Of a stretch of DNA of 64,000 bases, positions 49,725-60,789 are shown one piece after another. Position 1 is the stretch's first letter. The number at the start of each line of letters is the position of its first letter. The position numbers and the translations under genes were made by a program. The notes under the pieces are model-generated. The model did no database searches. It saw nothing but the letters and a program-made list of their open reading frames with translations, and was not told the DNA's origin. Source of the stretch: Neoechinorhynchus agilis (lineage: Eukaryota > Animalia > Acanthocephala); assembly GCA_051530055.1 (NCBI GenBank), contig CM121341.1:10952784-11016783 (forward strand), read 5' to 3'.

Positions 49725-52330
49725 CTATTCTTTGGCATCGAATCTAAGAATCGCTAAGCGTTTCCATTTTAATATTGGGTCGTAAAGCATCATACCTAAA
49801 TTTTTTCGTAAAGCCGTAGCGATGCACCCGGTAAATTGTGTAACACATCCTAATAATTGCTCCAGCAAATTTGCTGCTTCCGATTCCATCTTCTCCACAT
49901 TTTTCAACTGCTGACCACTCGGAAACTTTCCTTTAACGATTTCCAAGCATTCACGTACATATTCAAGCTCTTTGTCGCCTAGACGATCTTTTAAACAGTC
50001 TACCAACTCGGAACTCAATCCCGGTTGTTCGTCTGTACCGATGTTTGCGATCTCGATAAAGTGAAATTATGTAATATATAGCTCACCGAGATTTGGATCT
50101 TTATCCGATTGTGCACTGCTTTCAGGTGTAATCTCTTCTTTCTGTATTACGAAGTTAGCTTTCTCAGGAGATTCCTCTCGAAGTACACCCTCTTTTCCTT
50201 GTTCCTTTATCTTTTCCAATTCCTTAGGCAATTGTTGTTCACTTACATTTCGCACTGAACTGCTTGGTTTATCTTCTCTTCGGGTTGGTACTGCCTGTTC
50301 TGAAGTCCTTAAAGCTCTTTTTAGTGCCGCGCGTTCACGCATTCGAACCGGTGGAGGCTCGATATTCTTGTCTAATAATTGTGATTTTTGTGCTTGTTCA
50401 CGTTGAACAGCATTGGGAGATTTTGAAGTTTTGGGCCTGACATAGTTTTCCTTTGTAGGTGGCAATGGTTTTAATACTTGTTTATTAAGGCGTCCATTCT
50501 TCGGCACATTTCTCCTTTTTCTCTTATGCACATCTTCTATTTTTTCCGATCTAGGAATTTCACGAGCTTCCTCTCTTTTCATCTTCGAAGTCGAAATAAG
50601 TCCAATGAGCTTTTCTGCTGCTTTTTCATACGAGCAATTCTTAATCGAATTCGGGGTTAATAGCTTTTGTTTAAGAGATTGTAGATCTACAATTAGGACC
50701 CAAAGGTACATGGATCCTTTTCTTTGCGAATCAACAATAAATATAACGTGTTATTATTAAAGTCACTATTAAAATTGAAGTTTTAACCAATTTCGTTGAT
50801 AAGGGCATTTGGTTGACTAGAGATTATGGAGAAAAATATAAGCAAAATGTTTCAGTTTAACTTTCGTACTATACCACAAAACTTGCAAGTTTTCGAATCA
50901 ATAACGTTTTCCGTGTGTAGCGATTAATGAAAAGAAGACATTTTTATGGAAAAAAAGACGGGCAATATAGTCCGCGTTAAAAATGAACATCATGTAATCT
51001 TCTATTAAAAGGCGGGGTAATTAGGTATTATATCTACCACCGCATGTCTTATCCCCAGTTCCTGCCTTGTTTTTGTGTAGCGGTGGTCGATATAATATCT
51101 AAATACCAAAGGCGGTTATAACTTTAAAAAGAATTAACAGTCATTCTTTAGTCCTATGATTCGTCGAAATTTTAATATTTGCTTTAAATGTTGTGATTTT
51201 TTTGCACAATCGCCACAGCATGGTGAACGCTCTAAAGCATAGGGCTTTGGCAACGGCTGGCATTCCATATCTCCTTGAGTCGGTCGGTTTAAGCGGAGAT
51301 GACGGGAAAAAACTGGATGGCGCACGAACAGTTCCGTGGGAAAGAGGACGTCTTCTTTGGACTTCATCTGCCGATTACAATTGCTGAGAGCAACTTGTCT
51401 CTTGCAGTTTCAGGAGCTGGTGAAGTGGCGAAAAGGGCGGAAGACCGAAAAAATGAGAAATACAAATGCCTCGATCCGTCACTCTACATTTTGTAACCTC
51501 TCTCGTCATTGAGACAATTGGTGCCGTCGGACCAAGAGCCGCAGAGTTATTAACCAAGGTTAAAACATGGTTTGTGCCGAAAAATTTATCAGAGAATCAA
51601 CGATTCAGAAAGGGTATGCTGGATCCTCGAGCCGATGGAGAATAAAGATGACTCCAAGCATTTAAGAGAACATGTTTCAACTAGAGAACGGATTAAATGA
51701 GACCGTGCCGATATATGTTAAATACAATGCCAAACGTTTAAAAACTAAACCGTAAAGAGCAAAAACCGTCCTTGTTTTTAAAAAAGTCTAACGCTATTTT
51801 AAAAGTCTAAGACAAAATCGCAAATTTTATAGGTTTAACTCACTTCCTCTTGCTCCCGTAAGTGATCCAAATAATCTTCAATCTTCCGTTTGTACTCAAG
51901 CTTATTCTAGAAACCATTAGAGGGAAGAGCTATGAAAGATCAAGATAACCTCTTCGTCCGAAATCAAATGCTCAGTTGCTTCGATAACATTGGTCACTGC
52001 AACAGCTCGTTTGCTTGAATCATTCGGGCATCTGCATGGATCTGACACGCAGCAACATTTTAAAGAAGACATTAAACCTCGCTCATCACATGGATCGCCG
52101 GCGCAAGTAGTCTTTCTGTACAAAAAATATTTATCTCTTGACGGATTTGAAGAGTATGAAACTCACTCTAATCTGAGTTTATGCTTTAGGTTAAGGAGCA
52201 CTTCCAAAGGACTTCCCTTGCTCATACATAAATCAATTTCCTTAGAATCGATACAACAGTAGGCACGATGGACTGGGCCCGGTTCGTTGACCTTAGAGAA
52301 AATCAGATCGCTTTTACCACACGAATTGCA
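49725..52330 (-). CDS. Unidentified multi-exon gene (Cys-rich middle exons, charged low-complexity region, helical C-terminus)
   Basis: Long open frames 50067-50711 and 49725-50060, and splice-compatible exons near 51940-52115 and 52165-52330. No family recognised; linkage inferred. Confidence 0.4.
51180..51560 (+). mobile_element. Decayed CRE-clade endonuclease fragment
   Basis: RHSMVN, GKKLDG, VPWERG, AEDRKNEKY, VIETIGAVG, with frameshifts. Confidence 0.75.
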
Positions 52331-53074
52331 ACAGCAATCTAAATTGTGTTTTATCTAAAACGGAGTTTTCTCAAAAATAAGGTCAAAAATTCTTATTACC
52401 TTTGAACTATAGTTAGAGTATCTCGAGCACTCCATTTGCACAACACTCCCATATAAGAATAAATGTTCGATGTTGTTGTCATAGTGATGAATGAGACTGG
52501 CGAAATGATTCATAAAAGGTGCGTTTAATAAAAAAAATTGAGATTGCTTTTGCAGCTGGAAACTCAAGTAGTATTTCACAAGATTTCGAATAAAAAAGCT
52601 TCTTAAAACGATATATATACTCAAGACTATACTGCTTCTTTAATCATAAGATACACAGTCAAAAGCTCATCCTTAGAAATACACGACAAAAACGAATACT
52701 AATGGAATTGTTTCGTTTACTACCAGGCATATTTCCCATGCACAAATCATCATTTTTAGAGGTCCAGAACAAAAGGGCAAAGTATCTTTTCTTGGAACAA
52801 TTTCTGCGAGCAATGGTTTTAATTCCCTTGTGATAATTTAGTTAAGCTAAAACATGAATATTTGATCAGCATCTCGGAACAGAAATCATTAACACCACCA
52901 CTCTGGATAACTCAGTTGCCGTCCTGGTGTAACGGTCGAAAGGACGGATGCAGCGATCCCTCGTTGAAGGGGTAGACTTATGTTTTATAGGAGGAATACT
53001 CCTGTCTTCGGATGGCCAGTGATTCATCTAAGTTTCTTAAACGATTGCTTGACCAGGTCCTGCGCTGCGATACC

Positions 53075-54440
53075 ATACGACCCGAGTGCATCAACGCCAA
53101 AGGGAACAAAATAATGATTTCGACTCAGGTCCCTGTATTTTGCCCTTTTGCGTTCCTCAGCGGCGGTTGCTACCCCCCCCCTCCTGTTTATCAGTGGCAA
53201 ATTTTATGTTGCTGGCTGCGGGCGTCCACCCCAGACAAGGCATTTTCCTTCTCGCCACGGGAATACTGTGATACCGTCCGGTCTGTAGCGGCTATCGAGT
53301 TGGCAAAGATTGCTCGGCTCTAGGAGGTTGGCCGCATTCACATTATTCAGGGCACGACTAAGGATTGCATTCATTTCGGCGTGTCGTGAGTACCTTCCGC
53401 CTGATTGCCGACAGACGAGACAATGGTTTCCCGATGGTTCCATAGTCGCTCCGCAACGGCCGCGATGGGATATGCACCAGACCCTGCGATCCCCACTGTC
53501 TCGTTGGAGAGAAGGGTGTGGTGGACACAAACAGTTTTATTCAACTTGAAAAATAACGGTATGCGTGAATGCGTACGTGCGAGCGGATTAGTAAGCGGCT
53601 GAATTATGGCGACGGAGAATTAGTCGCGTATAATTATTACGTCAAAGGGTACCCACAGAAGCGATTGGGATAGCGTTGAGCCAAGCACCCGATTCTCTTG
53701 TGGACTGCCGCTAATCGAGTTCGGTTTACCAGGTCACGAGAATCTGAAATTAAAGAGTTGTGAATTCTCGCAACCAGGGGTGAGTCCCAAACGGATTGTT
53801 TGCAACCATTGACGGGTACCTGCTCACTGCCTGAATCTCCACATTAAAGATTAAGCGGTTTGGGACTCACGGCTGCGAGAATTCACAACCCTTTAATTTG
53901 AGATTCTCATGAAATGGAAAACCGAACTCGATTGGCGGCAGTTTACAATAGGATCGGGTGCTTGGTTCAACGCTATCCCAATCGCTTCTGTGGGTACCCT
54001 TCTCCAACGAGGCAGCGAGAATTGGATGGTCCCTGGTGCATATCCCATCGCGGCCGTTGCGGAGCGACTATGGAACCATCGGGAAACCATTGTCCCGTCT
54101 GTCGGCAATCAGGCGGAAGATACCCACGACACGCCGAAGTGAACGCAATTCTTAGTCGTGCCCTGAATAATGTGAATGCGACCAACATCCTAGAGCCGAG
54201 CAATCTTTGCCAACGCGATAGCCGCTGTAGACCGGACGTTGTCACAGTATTCCCGTGGCGAGAAGGAAAATGCCTTGTCTGGGACGGCATTCGCAGCCAG
54301 CAACATAAAATTCGCCACTGATAAACAGGAGGGGGAGCAGCAACCGCCGCTGAGGAACGCAGAAGGACAAAATACAGGGTCCTGAGTCGAAATCATTATT
54401 TTGTTCCCTTTGGCGTTGATGCACTCAGGTCGAATTGTAT
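53075..54440. mobile_element. Inverted pair (foldback) of CRE-clade fragments
   Basis: 53075-53795 (minus) and 53857-54435 (plus) are reverse complements. Both encode CRCG..GNHC, RHAE, RPD, FPWREGKCLVWD. Confidence 0.85.
53517..53644 (-). mobile_element. 128-bp solo-LTR-like insertion
   Basis: TG...CA termini, AAGGG duplicated at 53512-53516 and 53645-53649, absent from the sister arm near 54000, AATAAA on the minus strand. Confidence 0.72.
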
Positions 54441-54779
54441 CCGGATTTGTCCACCCGATCGGAACAGTCAAACCCAAACGGACATCCTTATATTTGACCT
54501 CTAAGGAATGCTCCTAGATAAATGAGGATGCAAACGCATAGTAAATAGATGACTGCGACCTTACGGTTACAAATTCGCTTAGTATTTCAAGACTTGATTT
54601 TGGAACCAAAAGTTGTTAAAATCTACCTGCAATAAAGGTTTAAATATTTTCCGAACCCCCAAGAATCCGTTTTTTACCTCAAAAACGCCTTGTTTAATAT
54701 TATCATTGATCTACCGAAGATCGCGATCAATATGTAGAAATAATAAATATTCTTTTAAATAATGTGCTATCCTAACTTG

Positions 54780-55196
54780 CTACTCCTCTGAAATATCGCT
54801 CTCAGAATCACTTTCTATTTGTTTTGTCCTCTCGTATTGCCGAAACCGCTCACCGATTTCTATTAATCCGTTCTCGGGCGGTCTTGGAGGCAAATACGAA
54901 TTTAAAAAGAATTGAGGCACGAATTGCTGATGAACTTCCAATCGATGAGCAATTCTTGCACTGATGAGGTAATTCAAAAGTTGTCTAAGTAACGTACTCA
55001 TATCCACATTTCGACATCTTCTCAAATAGTACCAAATTTGAAGCGCTCCGGGATCTTTTCCAATAAACTGCGCGATTCTATTAATCCTTTCCTCGTCCGG
55101 CATAGGATTTTCTTGATAGGTCATTTCTAAATAAGCCTCGTCCATCTCCGAGAATTGATCAGTACCAAAAAATTGACTGTGTTCTTTTTGAGCCAT
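54780..55196 (-). CDS. Divergent homeodomain protein, 138 aa
   Basis: F8, L16, E17, N23, P26, A35, W48, R52 and R53 lie at exact homeodomain spacing (FSEMDEAYLEMTYQENPMP...LQIWYYLRR). Confidence 0.6.
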   Translation of the reverse strand: MAQKEHSQFFGTDQFSEMDEAYLEMTYQENPMPDEERINRIAQFIGKDPGALQIWYYLRRCRNVDMSTLLRQLLNYLISARIAHRLEVHQQFVPQFFLNSYLPPRPPENGLIEIGERFRQYERTKQIESDSESDISEE

Positions 55197-57061
55197 ATTT
55201 TCGGTAGGCGAATAATAGAAGTTGGTAATTCGTTTCGTGAGTTTCTTGGTTCAACAAAGATACCGCCGTTCAGCCTAAATATTAGGATATTTGTTAGTGA
55301 AACATATTTATCGTCTGTATATCAATTCTCGATATTTATTGACGCGAATGATTTTTGCGTTTAAGGCAAAAATGACAAATCATTCAATCTTTTGTTTTAT
55401 GACGTCAGGAATTCCGTTATATCTTGTGACAAAATAAAATATATTTCCTGTAACTTACGTTTTAAATTTTTGCATTCTCGTATTTTGCTTAAGCGGATTT
55501 GTCTCGTCATCGAACTTGGATTAAAAAGATGATTTCGAACTTTAGTTCTGCTGATTAGAAAACGTTAAATCTAAAAAATCGATGGATAGAAGTCAGCAAA
55601 CTGATACTGTTGCCTTTTGGATGTCTGAACATTCTTGGACTTAACTTTCTGTAGAAATGATCGAATCATATGAGAATTGTGGGCTTCTCGGTTTGAGATG
55701 GAAATAATCGTCAAAAATAAATAATTCTTAGTTTGATGTCATCAAATCAATAAGGTTCCATCGATAATTAATCATTAAAAAAATTTTGCTTACATTTTCA
55801 AACAATTGCGCGCGTAAGATTTCAATGTATCGATTTCAAATCGAATTTTAACAAACGGATTAACATTCACGTCCCCATTTTAAAGGAAAAATCGTGAGAC
55901 AACATTGAGCTTTGAATTGATGATTTTTAGACAGTTTTTCTCGTTCCTTTAAAAAGTAAACGAAATATGGCAAACGCTGTTTTTACAAGGTTATTGCTTA
56001 AGATATTTTTTATCGTGCAATTTTTTAGGCCTAAAATCATTTAATTTCAAACATCACCTTTCAAGGTGACTAGAATGCAACATTATAAAATGTAGCATTG
56101 AAGTCTGAAGTTTCCAACCACCTAAGTCACCAAGATAAACTAAATATTTATTCTTTTAGACCGAAGATTGAATCGAACGAATTCATCAGTGACATTTAAA
56201 TAACCGAAATTAATAACCATCGGTGAATTGTCTGCTCTGACACCGCACTCGTCTTCACAGATGAAAATGATAAAAAATTGAGCTTAATGCGCCTTGAACG
56301 TTGTCGCCGAATATCACCAGGATGGAAAATCGATATTCTGCCGTTGATACGATTGTTCCTTAAAGTTCAGCACGGAGACTCCAGGGTAATGCGAGATGTT
56401 TTAGAAGAAAAGAATATCGTGTAACGAGTGATTATACTAGCCAATTGAAGGGATAAAGTGCGTTATAGATTATTTTTAAATACGTGGCCGTCCGCGTAAC
56501 CTTGATACAATTCATTCAATATTTAATGAGGAAAATCATGGAATTCTACAGGGCCCACGAGTTTGCTTCCCGAATTTCAAATCCCAATTCATTTCATACT
56601 TCCCACAACTTCGCTCCGCTTCTTAACCATACTGCCAAACCTTCTTGGATATCATGATTCGAAATGAACATGAGAAAAACTCAAAACTCTCCTGAACACA
56701 GTAACCACCAATCACCGTCCGAGCAAACCTTCCAAGCCGACCGAAACTCTAATACACTCCAATATCAACGACCGCATTCATTGAACAAATCTAAATCCGA
56801 GTTTTTATGAGGACCCAAAAATACATGGGTCCTTTTCTTTGTTAACTAACAAATAAACGTGTTATTATTATATTATAAAGTCGAAAAAACTTCTATGTAA
56901 ACAGGTGAATCGCACAAATGTTATCCAACCGAATTCTAGAGGAATATATGTTTTTATGTAATCATAAAGTATAAAGAATGATCATTTTACAACCGCTTAT
57001 TGCTAAAAAATTATGCTATACTTTCAGGACTTCTTTTTGGGGAATGCAAAGTCTAAAATCA

Positions 57062-58082
57062 ATACATTGGTCGTACCTTGAACGTTTGCCCAGTGTGAAA
57101 ATGCATTTAACAAAACAAAGGTCTATTGATCTTCGGTTCGAGTTTTATGGCTACAGGGAAACCGGTTAACTTTTCCTTACCTTCATAAAGCAACCCGCAT
57201 CTTTCTTTTGAAAATGACAGGGGGTTTTGGTTTTTGGGTTTGGGTTTTGTGGTTTTTTTGTGTGTTGGTGGTTGGTTAACTCCCAGCATGTCTACTTCGC
57301 CTGCGTCCCATATATATCGTTTTGCTCCTGCTAATTTTCAGGTCATTGCTTTCTAAGCGCTGTCGCCAACTCTCCAACATTTTCTCGAGTGTCACCGAGT
57401 CCTTCCTCGTGAGCACCAGATCATCTGAAAATAATATTGTCCAGGGCGTGTTCATCTTCATCTCCTAGGACATCGATGACTGTCGCAAACAAGAATGGGC
57501 CAAGCACTGAACCTTGATGTAGACCAATGGACACCTGGAAATAATCTGTCCTTCCTATTTGACATTGCACGCTGGTGTAACACTTTTAATACATCGTTTT
57601 GATCGAGGTCACATAATGCTCTGGATCCTAGGTTGCTTGTAAGTTTTTAAATATCCGAGTTAGCAAAACTTGCAAACAACAAACTTGCGAAACAACGAAC
57701 TCACACATACAGACGAACTCACACATACAGACGAACTCACACATTTAAAAAACTTACATACAACAATCAGCAAGCACTATCTGGCACAATCTCCACACGC
57801 AATAATCGAACAACCAAAACAATAAGATTAAGTATCCCATCGATCAAGTCAATACGCTTCTTTGCCCGGCAACTTACAAGCAATTGAATTCCTTCGATAT
57901 TTTGAAACTTGCAATCAAAGATATACATTGGTCGTACCTTGAACGTTTGCCCAGTGTAAAAATGCATTTAACAAAGCAAAGGTCTATTGATCTTCGGTTC
58001 GAGTTTTATGGCTACAGGGAAACCGGTTAACTGTTCCTTACCTTCATAAAGCAACCCGCATCTTTCTTTTGAAAATTGACAG
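57062..58082 (-). mobile_element. RTE-clade RT fragment (57290-57600) between 160-bp direct repeats
   Basis: GLHQGSVLGPFLF, PWTILFSDDLVL, LESWRQRLE, KISRSKT. Repeats at 57062-57220 and 57923-58082. Confidence 0.75.
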
Positions 58083-58715
58083 CCGAGGGTCGAACCTTCT
58101 AATGAGCGGGTACAACACATTGTCGGGATTATGAAATTACGGTTTTACGTTTACGATTTGTTCAGGGAGCATTCATCGCACGACAAATCGTCATTTTAGA
58201 CGAAAACTTCCACGCAGGCAAAGTCCGTTGTACGGAAGGTCAACTGTCATGGAAGCCAAATCCTTGTACTGAAAAGGAAGACTCTCTTGATGAGCTTAGT
58301 GATGAAGTTATGGTTGATTTTTGGAATTTGCTTCTCAATGACAAAAATTCCAGTGCGCATAGCCTGAGAAACGAAGGCGAAGGTAATAAAATCCCAATAA
58401 TGACTTTCCTGCGTCTCGTTAAAGCTGCAGTTGAATCGCTTCAATGTTCAATTTCACTATTTTCGCCGGATGCCACTAAGTGCCTTCAGCAGATGTTTAA
58501 AATCAACTGAAATCCAGGACCCAAAGGTACATGGGCCCTATTCTATATTTTTTACCAATAAACGTGTTATTATTATGATCGCAAATGAACTCAACGACCA
58601 TGGGAAACCGAGGGCAAAATTGCCAAGTTACCTAATGCTCTTCCGTCACGAGTTTCTCTGCTAATAGTTGAAAATTTGTTTCAATAGCGAAGATTGTATC
58701 AATTAAATTTATTAT

Positions 58716-58960
58716 ATGAAAATTTTCGGCATTTTCGTTGGCCTTCTTCAGTCACTTATTTGCAAGCTGTTGCAATGATAAAAAAATCTTTAGTTTCGAA
58801 CTTTCGCCGTCTTACAACTTCTTTAGGAATCTACAAAGGCGCGTGGAGTTTTGCAACATCCAAACGGGAAGTTCGTCCCGTTTGTTGAGCAGTTCTGGAG
58901 TTTTGTCTTAGTGATGTCCCGAACTCTCTCTTACATTGTCTTCGGAAAATCCTTTCCCTT
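58716..58960 (-). mobile_element. PLE 3' fragment ending in a minimal hammerhead motif (58716-58755)
   Basis: Encodes LLNKRDEL. Downstream on the minus strand: GTGA-CTGAAGA-A-GGC(CAACGAAAAT)GCC-GAA-AATT-T-TCAT then AATAAA. Confidence 0.7.
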
Positions 58961-59049
58961 CCAACCGCGGCGATATCTTAAGTTTTTACTGGCAAGCCGG
59001 TATTGCTTTCATCTTTATTAAATTTTTAGTTTGTCCCTAAGCCAATTAC

Positions 59050-59510
59050 ATCAGAGAAGTGATATAACCACATAGTCTCTAATGGACGGTTAACAGTTTG
59101 TACATTCCTCCGGGTCCTCAGATACCTCCCGAGGAGGTAGGACTCATCACTGAACTTTGTACCTTCAGCAGGTGCGTCATTGGCCATAACGCATTCGAAC
59201 CAGTTGACATTAAATGGGATCACGGGCATTAATCCACTTGACCACCTCGACACAACTACGGAATGTACAAACTCAGCCAGTATTTCGACTCAGGTTGAGC
59301 ACGGTATTCTATTTAAACTTATAATGGCAAGCTGGTTTGCTTGATATCATCATTAAATATTAGTTTAAAATAGAATACCGCGCTCACCCTGAGTAAAAAA
59401 CTGGCTGAGTTTGACATTCCGTAGTTGTGCCGAGGTGGTGAAGCGGACCAATGCTCCCGATCCCATTTAAAGTTAACGAGTTCGAATCCGTTACCGCCAA
59501 TGACGGCCAC
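59050..59510. mobile_element. Head-to-head inverted pair of tRNA-derived SINE heads
   Basis: Plus copy: A box TGGTGAAGCGG 59436-59446, B box GAGTTCGAATCC 59478-59489. Minus copy: TGGTCAAGTGG..GGTTCGAATGC. Upstream flanks are also inverted (to about 59312 and 59368). Confidence 0.6.
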
Positions 59511-59727
59511 ATTCATTCGCGCCATGAAAATGGCACGAGATTGTGCCTCCGAAATATCGGCACCAATTACTTATTTCTTCCGCTATAAAAAAAGGCATAC
59601 ACAATTCAAGGAAGCCCCACGACAAAGCGATTTAGTGATCACCAGCGTATTTATGCATTGAACGAAGCGAAAGAACCCATAAACCTCTGTCTTTTTCAAT
59701 AAACATTGAGTGAAAATATTAAGAAAA

Positions 59728-60574
59728 ATGCTTTCTTGGGTTCCAGCGAGTTCGATAGTCGTTATCTTCACAAGATCGATACGCGGTCACCGGTGCTCGG
59801 ATGGAACAACTCTTCCTTTTCTCAACGCCTTGGGTCGTCGTTCCGTTGACACCAAGCGCCGTGGTGATGGTGCTGTTGAACCCGTCAAGAACCAGGTGAT
59901 TACGCCCTTTAGTAATCCGTTTGTTTTAATAGGTTGTTTTCTGGCGTGGAAATTAAAATGATTTTATTTTTAAAATCCGACATTTCGGCACAATATTGTA
60001 CGCGTTTATCAAGGATACTTGCAAGTTTTTCAACTCTGTAGACGCATTCACAGTTGAAAATTTTTCCAAGTAACCATGGTAAACGCGTACAATATTGTGC
60101 CGAAATGTCGGATTTTAAAAATAAAATCATTTTAATTTCCACGCCAGAAAACAACCTGTATGAACAATTCAACCTTCAAACATTTTTTTAATGATTTATT
60201 TGTTTATTTAATAGTCCGACCTTGTCAATCTTAACCCAGTTCCAAGATCAAGACGAGAAGTCGATAATCGAATTTGTAGGATATTCAAGCCATCGGCTAA
60301 TGTCATGCAATCAGGCGAGGCCAACAGTCGCAGTTGGCTATTGACATTCGATACTCGCGATCGATGGCAGAGTCCCTTAGTGGGCTGGGGGGCAAGTTGT
60401 GATGCTGTCTCGGGAGTTGAGCTTGCGTTTGACTCGAAGGAACATGCAGTGGATTACTGCGAAAAAATGGGATTTAAATATTGGATAGATAGACCCAATA
60501 TTAGTCGTCCGAAAATCAAATCATATGGAGATAATTTCAGTTGGTCAAAAAGAACAAGACTCGATAATAAATAA
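59728..60574 (+). CDS. NDUFS4: NADH dehydrogenase Fe-S protein 4 (complex I 18 kDa), two exons
   Basis: Exons 59728-59895 and 60215-60574 join in frame. RICRIFKP..NVMQSG, RWQSPLVGW, LAFDSKEHAV, KSYGDNFSW. Confidence 0.9.
59931..60157. mobile_element. MITE-like element with perfect 78-bp terminal inverted repeats, inside the NDUFS4 intron
   Basis: 59931-60008 is the exact reverse complement of 60080-60157. Confidence 0.85.
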
Positions 60575-60789
60575 ATACTTCCTAGACCAAGAAGCAAATA
60601 TCGATCGGAAGCTCTTCACTAGATATTGATAGACCAATCGTTCTTTTTGAAATTATTACACACATAAAACATCAATTTGGACGAATGTATCGATATTCAA
60701 GTCATTGGTTTACTCATATATTTAAAGAAGCAGTTTCATCGGCTACTGAAAGTTAGCGTCTCTCACACATTTATTGATGTTTTACACAA

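Noticed and set aside
52918-52980. CCGTCC/GGACGG hairpin with TGGTGTAACGG as a tRNA or HDV-like ribozyme
   Set aside because: No B box or cloverleaf, and the P2/P3/P4 elements of an HDV fold cannot be placed.
58105-58510. Open frame with DELSDEVMVDFWNLLL, faintly Ulp1-like
   Set aside because: No catalytic His/Asp/Cys motifs or splice support; it lies among decayed repeats.
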